From positions 1 to 29,725 of the forward strand of contig JAFPBC010000170.1 in the NCBI GenBank assembly GCA_017390595.1: 29,725 nt of DNA, read 5' to 3'. The stretch is from Selenomonadales bacterium (lineage in GTDB: Bacteria > Bacillota > Negativicutes > RGIG982). Under the pieces are notes generated by a model. It did not search any database, was not told where the DNA came from, and worked only from the letters and a program-made list of their open reading frames with translations. Of the stretch, positions 1 to 8,974 are shown piece by piece. The first letter of the stretch is position 1. The number at the start of each line of letters is the position of its first letter. Made by a program: the position numbers and the translations under genes.

Positions 1-242
1 AATGCTTCCATCACCGCAGCTACCATCGCATCTACCGATTCGGCATTCGAGATGTCAGCCTGTACAAGGATCGCTTCCCCACCGTTTTGTTCGATTATCT
101 GTTTCACTTCTTCGGCAGCCGCTTGATTTCCTGCATAATTCACAGCAATTTTCGCACCGCTTTTCGCCAAACGAATAGCGACCGCACGGCCGATACCACG
201 AGAAGCACCCGTTACAAGAGCAACTTTACCTTCTAACTGCAT
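1..242 (-). CDS. fabG: 3-oxoacyl-ACP reductase FabG, N-terminal part (cut by the window start)
   Basis: Manual translation from ATG at 242: MQLEGKVALVTGASRGIGRAVAIRLAKSGAKIAVNYAGN..., with the SDR TGxxxGIG motif. Directly follows fabD. Confidence 0.93.
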   Translation of the reverse strand, partial: MQLEGKVALVTGASRGIGRAVAIRLAKSGAKIAVNYAGNQAAAEEVKQIIEQNGGEAILVQADISNAESVDAMVAAVMEA

Positions 243-243
243 T

Positions 244-1188
244 TTAACGAACCTCCTTGAAATAAGCAAGCGTTTTCTCAAGCGAATCCGCATTCTCTAC
301 ATTCAAAAGATTCATGCCTTTAATGATCTTTTTCGTAAGACCCGTAAGGACTTTGCCCGGACCCGATTCAACAAACGTATCGGCACCGAAAGCTACCATC
401 TCAGCTACGCAGTCTTCCCACATAACAGGATGATCTGCCTGCGTTACGAGAAGGTCGCGGATCTGTTTTGCATCCGTTACCATTTTACCCGTTACGTTAG
501 CAACAACAGGGATCTGTGCATCATTGATCGTGATCTTATCAAGCTCAACAGCCAATTTCTGTGCTGCCGGAGCCATGAGCGTGCTGTGGAACGGAGCACT
601 TACCGGAAGAAGTACTGCGCGTTTTGCACCGGCTTCTTTCAAGAGCTCATTTGCTTTTTCAACACTTGCCGTTTTACCTGCGATAACGATCTGACCCGGG
701 CAGTTGAAGTTAACTGCCTGTACACAACCGCCGTCGTTCGATACACTGCCGCAAATGTCAACGACCGTCTGTCTGTCAAGACCGAGAACAGCCGCCATTG
801 CACCCTCGCCTACCGGTACAGCTTCCTGCATATACGTACCACGTTTATGAACGAGAAGTACAGCATCTTCAAAAGCCATCGCACCTGCAGCAACGAGTGC
901 GGAATATTCACCAAGGCTGTGACCTGCTACGATCTCAGGTGCAAGACCTTGCTGTTTCAAAAGTTCATTACAGATCACGCTTACCGTCAAAATAGCCGGC
1001 TGCGTATTGCAAGTCAATTTGAGACTTTCTTCGGGACCGTTGAAACACATATCCGAGATCGAATAACCAAGTGCTTCATCAGCTTTTTTAAACATCTCTT
1101 TTGCAATCGGAAACGCATCGCAAAGGTCTTTGCCCATTCCGACTACCTGCGAGCCTTGACCGGGGAATACAAACGCAATTTTACCCAT
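244..1188 (-). CDS. fabD: Malonyl-CoA:ACP transacylase
   Basis: FVFPGQGSQ, GHSLGEY (catalytic Ser), NFNCPGQIV and VSAPFHS motifs; fab operon context. Confidence 0.97.
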   Translation of the reverse strand: MGKIAFVFPGQGSQVVGMGKDLCDAFPIAKEMFKKADEALGYSISDMCFNGPEESLKLTCNTQPAILTVSVICNELLKQQGLAPEIVAGHSLGEYSALVAAGAMAFEDAVLLVHKRGTYMQEAVPVGEGAMAAVLGLDRQTVVDICGSVSNDGGCVQAVNFNCPGQIVIAGKTASVEKANELLKEAGAKRAVLLPVSAPFHSTLMAPAAQKLAVELDKITINDAQIPVVANVTGKMVTDAKQIRDLLVTQADHPVMWEDCVAEMVAFGADTFVESGPGKVLTGLTKKIIKGMNLLNVENADSLEKTLAYFKEVR

Positions 1189-1202
1189 TTTTGTGTTCTC
1201 CT

Positions 1203-2150
1203 TTACTCAGCTTCTACTGTATTTTTGATATTTTCTACAACAGCAGGCAATCCGTTTACGAGCTCCTGAACGATCTCTTCGACCGTCTGGATCTCTTTCA
1301 TCATACCTGCGATCTGACCGATCATGACCGAACCGTAATCCGTGTCACCATCTTTGGCAGCCATACGGAGACGACCTGCGCCGAACTTTTCGAGTTCTTC
1401 CACGCTCGCACCGTTTGCTTCCATTTCCTGATATTCACGCGACAATTTGTTGGCGATAACGCGAACCGGATGACCCGTCGATACGCCCGTCGTCGTCGTG
1501 GAACGGTCTTTTGTTTTGATAACTGCTTTTTTGTAATTTTCGTGTGCCGTACATTCTTCCGATACAACGAAACGAGTACCGAGCTGTACACCTTTCGCAC
1601 CGAGTGCGAATGCTGCCGCGATACCGCGGGAATCACCAATACCGCCTGCTGCGATAACAGGGATATTAACAGCGTCAACGACCTGCGGAACGAGTGCCAT
1701 CGTCGTCAATTCGCCGATGTGACCGCCGCTTTCCGTACCTTCCGCGATGACAGCGTCAACGCCCGTACGTTCTAAGCGTTTTGCAAGCGCAACAGAAGCA
1801 ACGACAGGGATAACTTTACTGCCGATCGCTTTGAGAGCCGGGATATATTCGCCCGGGTTGCCTGCGCCCGTCGTAATAACAGGAACGCGTTCTTCAACAA
1901 CGACCTGCATAACTTCTTTTACAAACGGACTCATCAACATGATGTTTACGCCAAACGGCTTGTCCGTCAATTCTTTTGCTTTTTGGATCTCTGCACGAAG
2001 TGCATCCGGCGGCATATGACCTGCACCAATGATACCAAGTGCACCGGCATTCGATACTGCAGCAGCAAGTTCAGCCGTTGCTACCCATGCCATACCACCC
2101 TGAATGATCGGGTATTTGATTCCTAATAATTTTGCGATATTTGTGCTCAC
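1203..2150 (-). CDS. fabK: Enoyl-ACP reductase II (FMN-dependent)
   Basis: YPIIQGGMAWV, KPFGVNIML, EGTESGGHIG and IAAGGIGD motifs; fab operon context; GTG start. Confidence 0.93.
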   Translation of the reverse strand: MSTNIAKLLGIKYPIIQGGMAWVATAELAAAVSNAGALGIIGAGHMPPDALRAEIQKAKELTDKPFGVNIMLMSPFVKEVMQVVVEERVPVITTGAGNPGEYIPALKAIGSKVIPVVASVALAKRLERTGVDAVIAEGTESGGHIGELTTMALVPQVVDAVNIPVIAAGGIGDSRGIAAAFALGAKGVQLGTRFVVSEECTAHENYKKAVIKTKDRSTTTTGVSTGHPVRVIANKLSREYQEMEANGASVEELEKFGAGRLRMAAKDGDTDYGSVMIGQIAGMMKEIQTVEEIVQELVNGLPAVVENIKNTVEAE

Positions 2151-2153
2151 TGA

Positions 2154-3158
2154 TTAGTCCTCCTTGCACCATTTGATTACTGCTGATGCCCATGTCAATC
2201 CGGCACCGAATCCAACAATTACAAATGTGTCACCTTTTTTGATACGACCGCTTTTCACCGCCTCATCAAGTGCGAGCGGGATAGAAGCAGACGATGTGTT
2301 AGCATATTTATCGACATTGACAAACACCTTGTCCATCGGGAATCCCAAACGTTTTGCTGCCGATTTGATAATACGCATATTTGCTTGATGCGGAACGAGA
2401 AGAGAAATATCATCCGTCGTAAGTCCCGCTTTTTCGATCGAACGAACAGCCGACTCGCCCATCGTCTTAACGGCGAACTTGAAAACCTCATTACCGTTCA
2501 TGTGGATCGAATGCAGTTTTTCTGCAACCGTCTCCGGCGTTGCCGGTCGACGGCTTCCGCCTGCCGGCATATGAAGCAGATTTGCACCTGCCCCTTCTGA
2601 ACCTAATTCAACTTCGATGATGCCATATCCTGCTTCTACTTCACCTAAAATTACAGCACCTGCACCATCACCGAACAAAACACATGTATTTCTGTCTTCC
2701 CAGTTCGTGATCTTAGAGAGTGCTTCTGCCGCAACAACAAGAACTTTTTTATACAAGCCCGTTTTGATGAACTGCGCACCGACCGTCATCGCATACGCAA
2801 AACCCGAACATGCCGCCGACAAGTCAAACGCTGCCGCATTTTTTGCACCAAGTGCATCCTGTACGCGACAAGCAACAGCAGGGAACATCGTGTCCGGGCT
2901 GACCGTTGCCAAAATAATAAGATCCAACTCTTCAGGAGATACCTTAGCATCTGCGAGTGCTCTTTTTGCCGCTTCAAGACCAAGATCGGATGTTGCCTGA
3001 TCTTCTGCACATACGTGTCTTTGACGGATACCCGTACGTTCGTAGATCCACGTATCCGACGTATCAACAATTTTCTCCAAATCAAAATTCGTTACAACTT
3101 TTTCCGGCACATACGAGCCAATACCGATAATACCTACCGATTTATCATTCATTTGCAT
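2154..3158 (-). CDS. fabH: 3-oxoacyl-ACP synthase III
   Basis: WIYERTGIRQR, DLSAACSGF (Cys), VPHQAN (His), YANTSSAS (Asn) and GFGAGLTW motifs. Confidence 0.97.
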   Translation of the reverse strand: MQMNDKSVGIIGIGSYVPEKVVTNFDLEKIVDTSDTWIYERTGIRQRHVCAEDQATSDLGLEAAKRALADAKVSPEELDLIILATVSPDTMFPAVACRVQDALGAKNAAAFDLSAACSGFAYAMTVGAQFIKTGLYKKVLVVAAEALSKITNWEDRNTCVLFGDGAGAVILGEVEAGYGIIEVELGSEGAGANLLHMPAGGSRRPATPETVAEKLHSIHMNGNEVFKFAVKTMGESAVRSIEKAGLTTDDISLLVPHQANMRIIKSAAKRLGFPMDKVFVNVDKYANTSSASIPLALDEAVKSGRIKKGDTFVIVGFGAGLTWASAVIKWCKED

Positions 3159-4164
3159 TGTTATCCTCCTGAATAATATGATTCTTAATATGCTCTACAA
3201 CGCGACTTTTTTTGTATTCTGCCGCAACACGAATCGCATTTTTGATCGCTTTCGCTTTCGAGCTGCCATGACAAATAATGAAACAGCCGTTGATACCGAG
3301 AAGCGGTGCACCGCCGTATTCATTATGATCCATCTTCTTACCGAGTTTCTTGAGTGCGGGGAGCATGACTGCAGCCGCAAGTTTTACCCAAATACTGCTG
3401 TTTTTGATATGCTCTTTCAGCATCGTTTTCAGACTGCTTACAAGACCCTCACCGAATTTTAACACAACATTGCCGACAAATCCATCACAAACAACAACAT
3501 CTACATTGCCTTTCGGAATATCGCGGCCTTCCGCATTACCGATATAGCGGATGCAATCGAGCTCTTTGAGAAGCGGATACGTCGCTTTCGCCTGCTCGTT
3601 ACCTTTACCTTCTTCTTCCCCAATATTGAGAAGTCCTACACGCGGATGATCGATCCCGAGTACATTCTCTGCATACAAAGAACCCATGATAGCATTGTGT
3701 ACCAAATGGATCGGCTTGCTGTCGACCGTTGCACCCGAGTCAACAAGCACCGTCGTACCGCCCGCCGTATTCGGGATCGGCGTTGCGATCGCAGGACGTT
3801 CGATACCCTTGATACGACCGAGACCAAACAGTGCCGCCGCAACACCTGCGCCCGTCGAGCCTGCCGAGATGACAGCATCACATTCTTTTTGACGAACAAG
3901 GCGCGTCGCAACAACAAGCGAAGCATCTTTCTTCTTACGCACCGCAACACTCGGCGCTTCGTCCATCGTAATGATCTCCGATGCATGATGGATCGTGATC
4001 GCAAGCTTCTTCCAATCGCCCCATGCATCGAGCTCCTTTTCTATCTGGTCTTGATCACCGACTAAGACAACTTCATATCCATATTCACGGACAGCATCTA
4101 TCGCACCGAGAACGATCTCACGTGGTGCATAATCGCTGCCCATCGCGTCTACTGCGATCCTCAT
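3145..4164 (-). CDS. plsX: Phosphate acyltransferase PlsX
   Basis: [32 protein letters not shown] and GGAPLLG motifs; overlaps the fapR stop. Confidence 0.97.
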   Translation of the reverse strand: MRIAVDAMGSDYAPREIVLGAIDAVREYGYEVVLVGDQDQIEKELDAWGDWKKLAITIHHASEIITMDEAPSVAVRKKKDASLVVATRLVRQKECDAVISAGSTGAGVAAALFGLGRIKGIERPAIATPIPNTAGGTTVLVDSGATVDSKPIHLVHNAIMGSLYAENVLGIDHPRVGLLNIGEEEGKGNEQAKATYPLLKELDCIRYIGNAEGRDIPKGNVDVVVCDGFVGNVVLKFGEGLVSSLKTMLKEHIKNSSIWVKLAAAVMLPALKKLGKKMDHNEYGGAPLLGINGCFIICHGSSKAKAIKNAIRVAAEYKKSRVVEHIKNHIIQEDNNANE

Positions 4165-4736
4165 CTGTCAATCTCCCCTTTTTGCTCCAACGTAACCATG
4201 ATGAACTTCGCACGGAACACCTCTTGTTCGGCATTTCTGATCTTCACCCAAACAAAAAACTTATTCCCTCTCTGCTTCACCACTTCAGCCTTTGCAATCA
4301 GTTTTTCTCCGATCGTAACAGGAACCTTATACTTCACATTCGCAACACCCGTCACCGCCTGCGGTGCATCTATCACCGAAAGCGCGAGCGAATTCGCCTG
4401 CGAATATACATAATGTCCACGTGCGATCCTCGTTCTTTCAAAAACCATATCAGGTGTGATCTCCAAGACCGATATCCCCGATTTGCCCAATTCCAGATCG
4501 ATCAAATCGCCTACAACCTCATTCGTCTCAAGAGCCTTCGTCTTATTCCCACTCTGCTCGGCCATCAACTTCGTACGCTGACGAAGTTCGGGAATATTAA
4601 GCGCCGCACGATCAAGTCGGATCGTCTGCACGCTCACGCCAAGCTGTCTTGCAAGCTCCTCATCCGTCAAAAAAGGTTTTGATTCAATTGTCTGCTGCAA
4701 AATTTTGTGTCTCTCTTGTTTGGAACACCGCGTCAT
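4161..4736 (-). CDS. fapR: Fatty acid biosynthesis repressor FapR
   Basis: N-terminal HTH ([23 protein letters not shown]) plus hot-dog domain ([15 protein letters not shown]); first gene of the plsX-fab operon. Confidence 0.96.
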   Translation of the reverse strand: MTRCSKQERHKILQQTIESKPFLTDEELARQLGVSVQTIRLDRAALNIPELRQRTKLMAEQSGNKTKALETNEVVGDLIDLELGKSGISVLEITPDMVFERTRIARGHYVYSQANSLALSVIDAPQAVTGVANVKYKVPVTIGEKLIAKAEVVKQRGNKFFVWVKIRNAEQEVFRAKFIMVTLEQKGEIDR

Positions 4737-4753
4737 TTTTCATCACCTTTTAT

Positions 4754-4786
4754 TTAGTAGCAGGTACTATTAGAACCTGCTACTAG
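4754..4786. promoter_or_regulatory. Two adjacent FapR operator boxes
   Basis: TTAGTAGCAGGTACTAT (4754-4770) and TTAGAACCTGCTACTAG (4770-4786) resemble the known FapR 17-bp palindrome TTAGTA-N5-TACTAA and overlap the fapR -10 and start site. Confidence 0.8.
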
Positions 4787-4813
4787 TATAGACGATGTTT
4801 TATTAAAAAGCAA
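4785..4813 (-). promoter_or_regulatory. sigma-A promoter of the fapR-plsX-fab operon
   Basis: Minus strand TTGCTT (4813-4808), 17 nt, TATACT (4790-4785). Confidence 0.75.
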
Positions 4814-4903
4814 GAAAAAATGATGAAAAAAACGCGGATTTTTCCTTGTTTTTTTCATCATAATTCACGTTTATTTTACTATTTGTTTGCACTATATTTC
4901 TCA

Positions 4904-4932
4904 TTTACTTTCCCCAGAAATTGATATAAAAT
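4904..4932 (+). promoter_or_regulatory. Putative sigma-A promoter of the orphan secreted-protein gene
   Basis: TTTACT, 17 nt, TAAAAT. The region is AT-rich, so a chance match is possible. Confidence 0.4.
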
Positions 4933-5011
4933 AAAAATAAATAAAGGCACTCCTATCACAGAAAAGAACGTATATCAACTGCACAAATCAATTCAGAAAG
5001 AAGGTTGTTGT

Positions 5012-5332
5012 ATGAGAAGAACCATTATACTCACCGTCATACTCACCTTGTTATTTACCTCTGTATGTTTTGCCTACGGCATGGAAAAAGGCACTGTTGC
5101 CTATTATAAATATCCAATCATTGTAGCAGTAACCGGATACAGTAACTACACCATCGCCAAAATATGGAGCGGTTATCCATCTATATACGAAGGCAACAGA
5201 GTAGTAGGCGACCTCAACTCCTATTCGAGTACCGATTGGTATTTCCCGAACAGCGACGATATCTGCACTGTTTATATCGAAAAACAAACATACAGCAAAG
5301 ATGAAGTTATCAGATGGTTAATAGAACATTAA
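5012..5332 (+). CDS. Small secreted hypothetical protein
   Basis: 106 aa; signal peptide MRRTIILTVILTLLFTSVCFA; AGAAGG RBS; followed by its own terminator. Confidence 0.82.
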   Translation: MRRTIILTVILTLLFTSVCFAYGMEKGTVAYYKYPIIVAVTGYSNYTIAKIWSGYPSIYEGNRVVGDLNSYSSTDWYFPNSDDICTVYIEKQTYSKDEVIRWLIEH

Positions 5333-5341
5333 TATCCCGAA

Positions 5342-5370
5342 AGCCGACTACATGAGTCGGCTCTTTTTTT
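5342..5370 (+). terminator. Intrinsic terminator of the 5012-5332 gene
   Basis: AGCCGACT-acatg-AGTCGGCT followed by CTTTTTTT. Confidence 0.85.
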
Positions 5371-5433
5371 GAGAAATACACTTCAGACAATGCATATATC
5401 TTTATTCTTATTCGCAAATCGATATATCCTCAG

Positions 5434-5502
5434 CATAAAAAAAATCCCTATGAATCGTTGAAAACCAAGTTTTCATCAACTCGCAGGGATTTATTTTTTA
5501 TG
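5434..5502 (-). terminator. Long hairpin terminator after rpmF
   Basis: Minus strand AAATCCCTG...TGAAAAC-ttg-GTTTTCA...TAGGGATTT followed by a T-run; A/T tracts on both sides. Confidence 0.75.
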
Positions 5503-5509
5503 TTACTGA

Positions 5510-5692
5510 TTATTCTGCTGCTACTTTTACAACCTCTTTGCCATCATAGTAACCGCATTCCGAGCATACGTGATGCGGCAACTTAGCTTCATGACACTGC
5601 GGACATTCAACAAGGCTAGGAGCCGTTAATTTCCAGTTTGCACGTCTTCTGTCACGACGGCATTTCGACATCTTACGCTTTGGTACTGCCAT
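5510..5692 (-). CDS. rpmF: 50S ribosomal protein L32 (zinc-binding form)
   Basis: [10 protein letters not shown]...CPQC...[10 protein letters not shown]; AGGAGG RBS. Confidence 0.98.
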   Translation of the reverse strand: MAVPKRKMSKCRRDRRRANWKLTAPSLVECPQCHEAKLPHHVCSECGYYDGKEVVKVAAE

Positions 5693-5717
5693 TTCTACAC
5701 CTCCTTAAAAACATCTA

Positions 5718-6230
5718 TCAATCCTTATCGTTATCGAAGAAGGACTGAAGAGCAGCTAATCTAGGATCAATTATATGTCGATCACATTGACAATCCTGCT
5801 CGTTTAAATTCGTTCCGCATTTCAAGCAAAGTCCTTTGCAATCTTCACTGCAAAGTGCCTTCGAAAAGTCGGCCATGATCAACATTTCTCTTACGACCAT
5901 CGTCAGATCGATGAACGTTCCTTCGAATTCAATGGCATCTTCTTCTTTTTTCTCAGCCGTATCTTCTTGATAGACTTCGTCAAAAGGAATCGCCATATGT
6001 TCCGTGTAGTTTACCAAGCAGCGGTCGCATACGCGTTCTGCATGGAAAGAAATGTTGCCGCTTACTTGAAATAAACGACCGGTATAAGATATTGTTCCGT
6101 CAACTACGATATCATCCGAAATTTCTATCGTCTTTTCGTCAATATCTAATTGACGGGCAGACGTGATGAAATGAAATTGCTGATCGACACCAACTTGCAT
6201 CTTCGTCTCGCCAGTATTAATTCTCATCAT
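5718..6230 (-). CDS. yceD: DUF177/YceD family metal-binding protein
   Basis: CDRC and LCSEDCKGLCLKCGTNLN..C.C...IDPRLAAL motifs; conserved position upstream of rpmF. Confidence 0.92.
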   Translation of the reverse strand: MMRINTGETKMQVGVDQQFHFITSARQLDIDEKTIEISDDIVVDGTISYTGRLFQVSGNISFHAERVCDRCLVNYTEHMAIPFDEVYQEDTAEKKEEDAIEFEGTFIDLTMVVREMLIMADFSKALCSEDCKGLCLKCGTNLNEQDCQCDRHIIDPRLAALQSFFDNDKD

Positions 6231-6252
6231 GTTCCACCTTCAATCCTTACCT

Positions 6253-6281
6253 ATTATAGCTACCCTTTTCTCGTTTGTCAA
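6253..6281 (-). promoter_or_regulatory. Consensus sigma-A promoter of DUF177-rpmF
   Basis: TTGACA (6281-6276), 17 nt, TATAAT (6258-6253): a perfect consensus. Confidence 0.9.
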
Positions 6282-6302
6282 GGATTTTTCTTGACTGCTG
6301 TG

Positions 6303-6339
6303 AAAAAAACATACTCTCGAACGTTTGTCCGAGAGTATG
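6303..6339 (-). terminator. Intrinsic terminator of ackA
   Basis: Minus strand CATACTCTCGGAC-aaac-GTTCGAGAGTATG followed by TTTTTTT. Confidence 0.88.
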
Positions 6340-6356
6340 CCCTATTATGTTCTTAA

Positions 6357-7553
6357 TTATTTTGCACAGAGAACTTTCGTGTCGCGAGCGATCATCAATT
6401 CTTCGTTCGTCGGGATAACGAAGAGTTTTACTGCGGAGCCTTCCGTGCTGATCTCGCGTGCTTTACCGCGAACATCGTTGCGTTTTTCGCAGAGCGTCGT
6501 GCCGAGGTAGCCGAGTTCGCTTGCGATCTTAGCGCGCATGGAGATACCGTTTTCGCCGAGACCTGCCGTGAATACGATAGCGTCTACACCGTTCATTGCT
6601 GCAACATAAGCACCGATGTATTTCTGTACACGATATGCGAACATATCGAGTGCGAGCTGTGCCTGTGCATTGCCTTCAGCTGCTGCGCCTTCGATATCGC
6701 GGAAGTCGCTCGATACGCCGGATACACCGTATACACCGGACTGTTTGTTGATGTATGCATCGATCTCTTCAACCGACATGTTTTCTTTTTTCATGAGGTA
6801 CGGAAGGATCGCCGGGTCAACGTCACCACAACGAGTACCCATTACCAAACCTTCGAGCGGCGTGAAGCCCATGCTCGTGTCAACGCACTGGCCGTTTTTA
6901 ACAGCTGCGATGCTCGAACCGTTGCCCAAGTGGCAAGTAACGATTTTGAGGTCTTCCAAGTTTTTGCCCATCATGTCAGCTACGCACTGTGCAACATATT
7001 TATGGGACGTACCATGGAAGCCGTATCTTCTGATCTGATATTTTTCATATGCTTCATACGGAAGACCGTACATGAATGCTTTCTGCGGCATCGTCTGATG
7101 GAATGCAGTATCGAATACGCCTACCTGCGGAACACCCGGCATCAATTCAGCACATGCTTTGATACCAAGTACGTTCGGCGGGTTGTGGAGCGGTGCCATT
7201 TCGAAGCAATCTTCCATCAACTGGAGCGTTTCCGGCGTAACGAGTACGGACTGCGTCAATTTTTCGCCGCCATGAGCTACACGGTGACCAACAGCTGCGA
7301 TTTCCTGGATGTTTTCGATAACGCCATGTTCTTTGTTCGTCAAAGCATCAAAGACCATTTTAATTGCGATACCATGGTTTTGGATATCTGCTTCGATTTT
7401 TACTTTGTCGCCTTCGCCCGGCTGATGCGTCAATACCGAACCTTCGATACCGATACGTTCAACCAAACCTTTTGCCAATACAGTTTCGTCCGTCATGTCG
7501 AACAACTGATATTTCAAAGACGAACTACCACAATTTACAACTAAAACTTTCAC
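6357..7553 (-). CDS. ackA: Acetate kinase
   Basis: [48 protein letters not shown] and IPTNEE motifs; GTG start with AGGAGG. Confidence 0.97.
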   Translation of the reverse strand: MKVLVVNCGSSSLKYQLFDMTDETVLAKGLVERIGIEGSVLTHQPGEGDKVKIEADIQNHGIAIKMVFDALTNKEHGVIENIQEIAAVGHRVAHGGEKLTQSVLVTPETLQLMEDCFEMAPLHNPPNVLGIKACAELMPGVPQVGVFDTAFHQTMPQKAFMYGLPYEAYEKYQIRRYGFHGTSHKYVAQCVADMMGKNLEDLKIVTCHLGNGSSIAAVKNGQCVDTSMGFTPLEGLVMGTRCGDVDPAILPYLMKKENMSVEEIDAYINKQSGVYGVSGVSSDFRDIEGAAAEGNAQAQLALDMFAYRVQKYIGAYVAAMNGVDAIVFTAGLGENGISMRAKIASELGYLGTTLCEKRNDVRGKAREISTEGSAVKLFVIPTNEELMIARDTKVLCAK

Positions 7554-7732
7554 AACTTCATCCTCCTACATATCTCTCTTATGCGTGTTGGTTAGCCTAC
7601 AATCGCTAACAGTTATTAGTTCCACACGCAAATCCATTTTCCTTCTTATTTATTGGAATAATTTTATTTAGCAGGAGTATTTTTATTTATCCAGAAACAA
7701 TCTAGTATGATATTACGAAAGGACGTTTTTCG

Positions 7733-8974
7733 ATGAAAGCAGTCGGTATCATCGCTGAATACAATCCATTTCATAACGGACACGCATACCAGATCGCCGA
7801 GGTTAAAAGACGCGAGTCTCCCGATGTCGTGATCGCGGCTATGAGCGGTCACTTCACGCAGCGCGGAGAAGCGTCTGTATTTACCAAATGGCAACGCGCA
7901 CAGCTTGCTTTGGCAGGCGGCGCCGATCTCGTGGTCGAATTGCCGTTCGTCTTTGCTGTTCGCAGTGCCGAATATTTCGCTCGCGGCGGTGTTCGTCTGC
8001 TTCATGAGCTCGGCATCACACATCTCGCGTTCGGTGCAGAGAGCGATGATATCGAGCCGCTTCTCACATCTGCCCGCGCACAGTTGCGTCCCGATCTTGC
8101 GGAAACCCTTGCCCCTTACCTTGCCAAAGGTCTTCCTTACGCGGCGGCACTTTCGACGATGCTCGAAGAAAAATATCATATTTCGCCCGCAGTCCTCGCA
8201 TCGCCCAACAATATTTTGGGAGCAGAATATCTGAAAGCCATCTTACGCTATGCCCCGACCGCAGAGCCTATCCATATCGTCCGCCACGGTTCAACACATC
8301 ACAGTACATCTCTTGAACATGCTGTACACGCAAGCAGTTCTGCCATTCGCAAGAACATCGCCGATGACCGATTCCGCATGACAGAGCTTGCTTCCTATAT
8401 TCCGCCCGCGACCCATCCGTATCTTACACGTTTCTACGAAGAAAACGGCGGCATCCCGTCTCTTGAGCGACTGTCTCCGTTCGTGTTCGGCCTTTTGGCT
8501 ACGACCGACAAAAAAAGACTTTCTCAGACGGTCGGCATCTCGGAAGGGCTCGAGAATAAGTTTCTCTCCGCTTCGCATACCGCGACTTCTCTCGAAGAGC
8601 TTCTCGACTTTGTAAAAACAAAACGATATCCTCGTACCAGACTTGCGCGTACGGTTCTTCATTATCTGTTCGGCACGACGCAAGAAAGCGTATCTCATTT
8701 CGACGAGATCGGCCCGCAATATATCCGTATCCTCGGCATGAACGAGCGCGGACAAGACTATCTCCGCACACGCAAAAAAACAATGTCCGTTCCCATCATC
8801 ACGAAGCTGACACCGTTTTTCAATCAATATGATCTGTTATCACACAGCGACGACCCGTTAAAACAGATGCTTGCATTCGATGTACGAAGCACGAATCTAT
8901 ACGCACGTCTTTTTTCTTCTCCGCTTGCACAGAATCAAGACTTCACGACCTCGCCGATCCGTTATCTGTTATGA
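7733..8974 (+). CDS. tmcAL: tRNA(Met) cytidine acetate ligase (YlbM/TmcAL)
   Basis: GIIAEYNPFHNGH, AMSGHFTQRG, ELPFVFA, PNNILGAEY and TKRYPRTRL motifs. Confidence 0.93.
   Translation: MKAVGIIAEYNPFHNGHAYQIAEVKRRESPDVVIAAMSGHFTQRGEASVFTKWQRAQLALAGGADLVVELPFVFAVRSAEYFARGGVRLLHELGITHLAFGAESDDIEPLLTSARAQLRPDLAETLAPYLAKGLPYAAALSTMLEEKYHISPAVLASPNNILGAEYLKAILRYAPTAEPIHIVRHGSTHHSTSLEHAVHASSSAIRKNIADDRFRMTELASYIPPATHPYLTRFYEENGGIPSLERLSPFVFGLLATTDKKRLSQTVGISEGLENKFLSASHTATSLEELLDFVKTKRYPRTRLARTVLHYLFGTTQESVSHFDEIGPQYIRILGMNERGQDYLRTRKKTMSVPIITKLTPFFNQYDLLSHSDDPLKQMLAFDVRSTNLYARLFSSPLAQNQDFTTSPIRYLL

Noticed and set aside
430-1269. 279-aa plus-strand ORF
   Set aside because: Antisense shadow of fabD; no RBS or recognisable motif.
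6291-6317. Plus-strand promoter (TTGACT...TACTCT) and 68-aa ORF 6150-6356
   Set aside because: The spacer is only 15 nt, and the sequence is explained by the ackA terminator and the DUF177 promoter on the other strand.
7538-7555. Rex operator at the ackA start
   Set aside because: Only one half-site (TTGTGAA), which is the start codon region itself.
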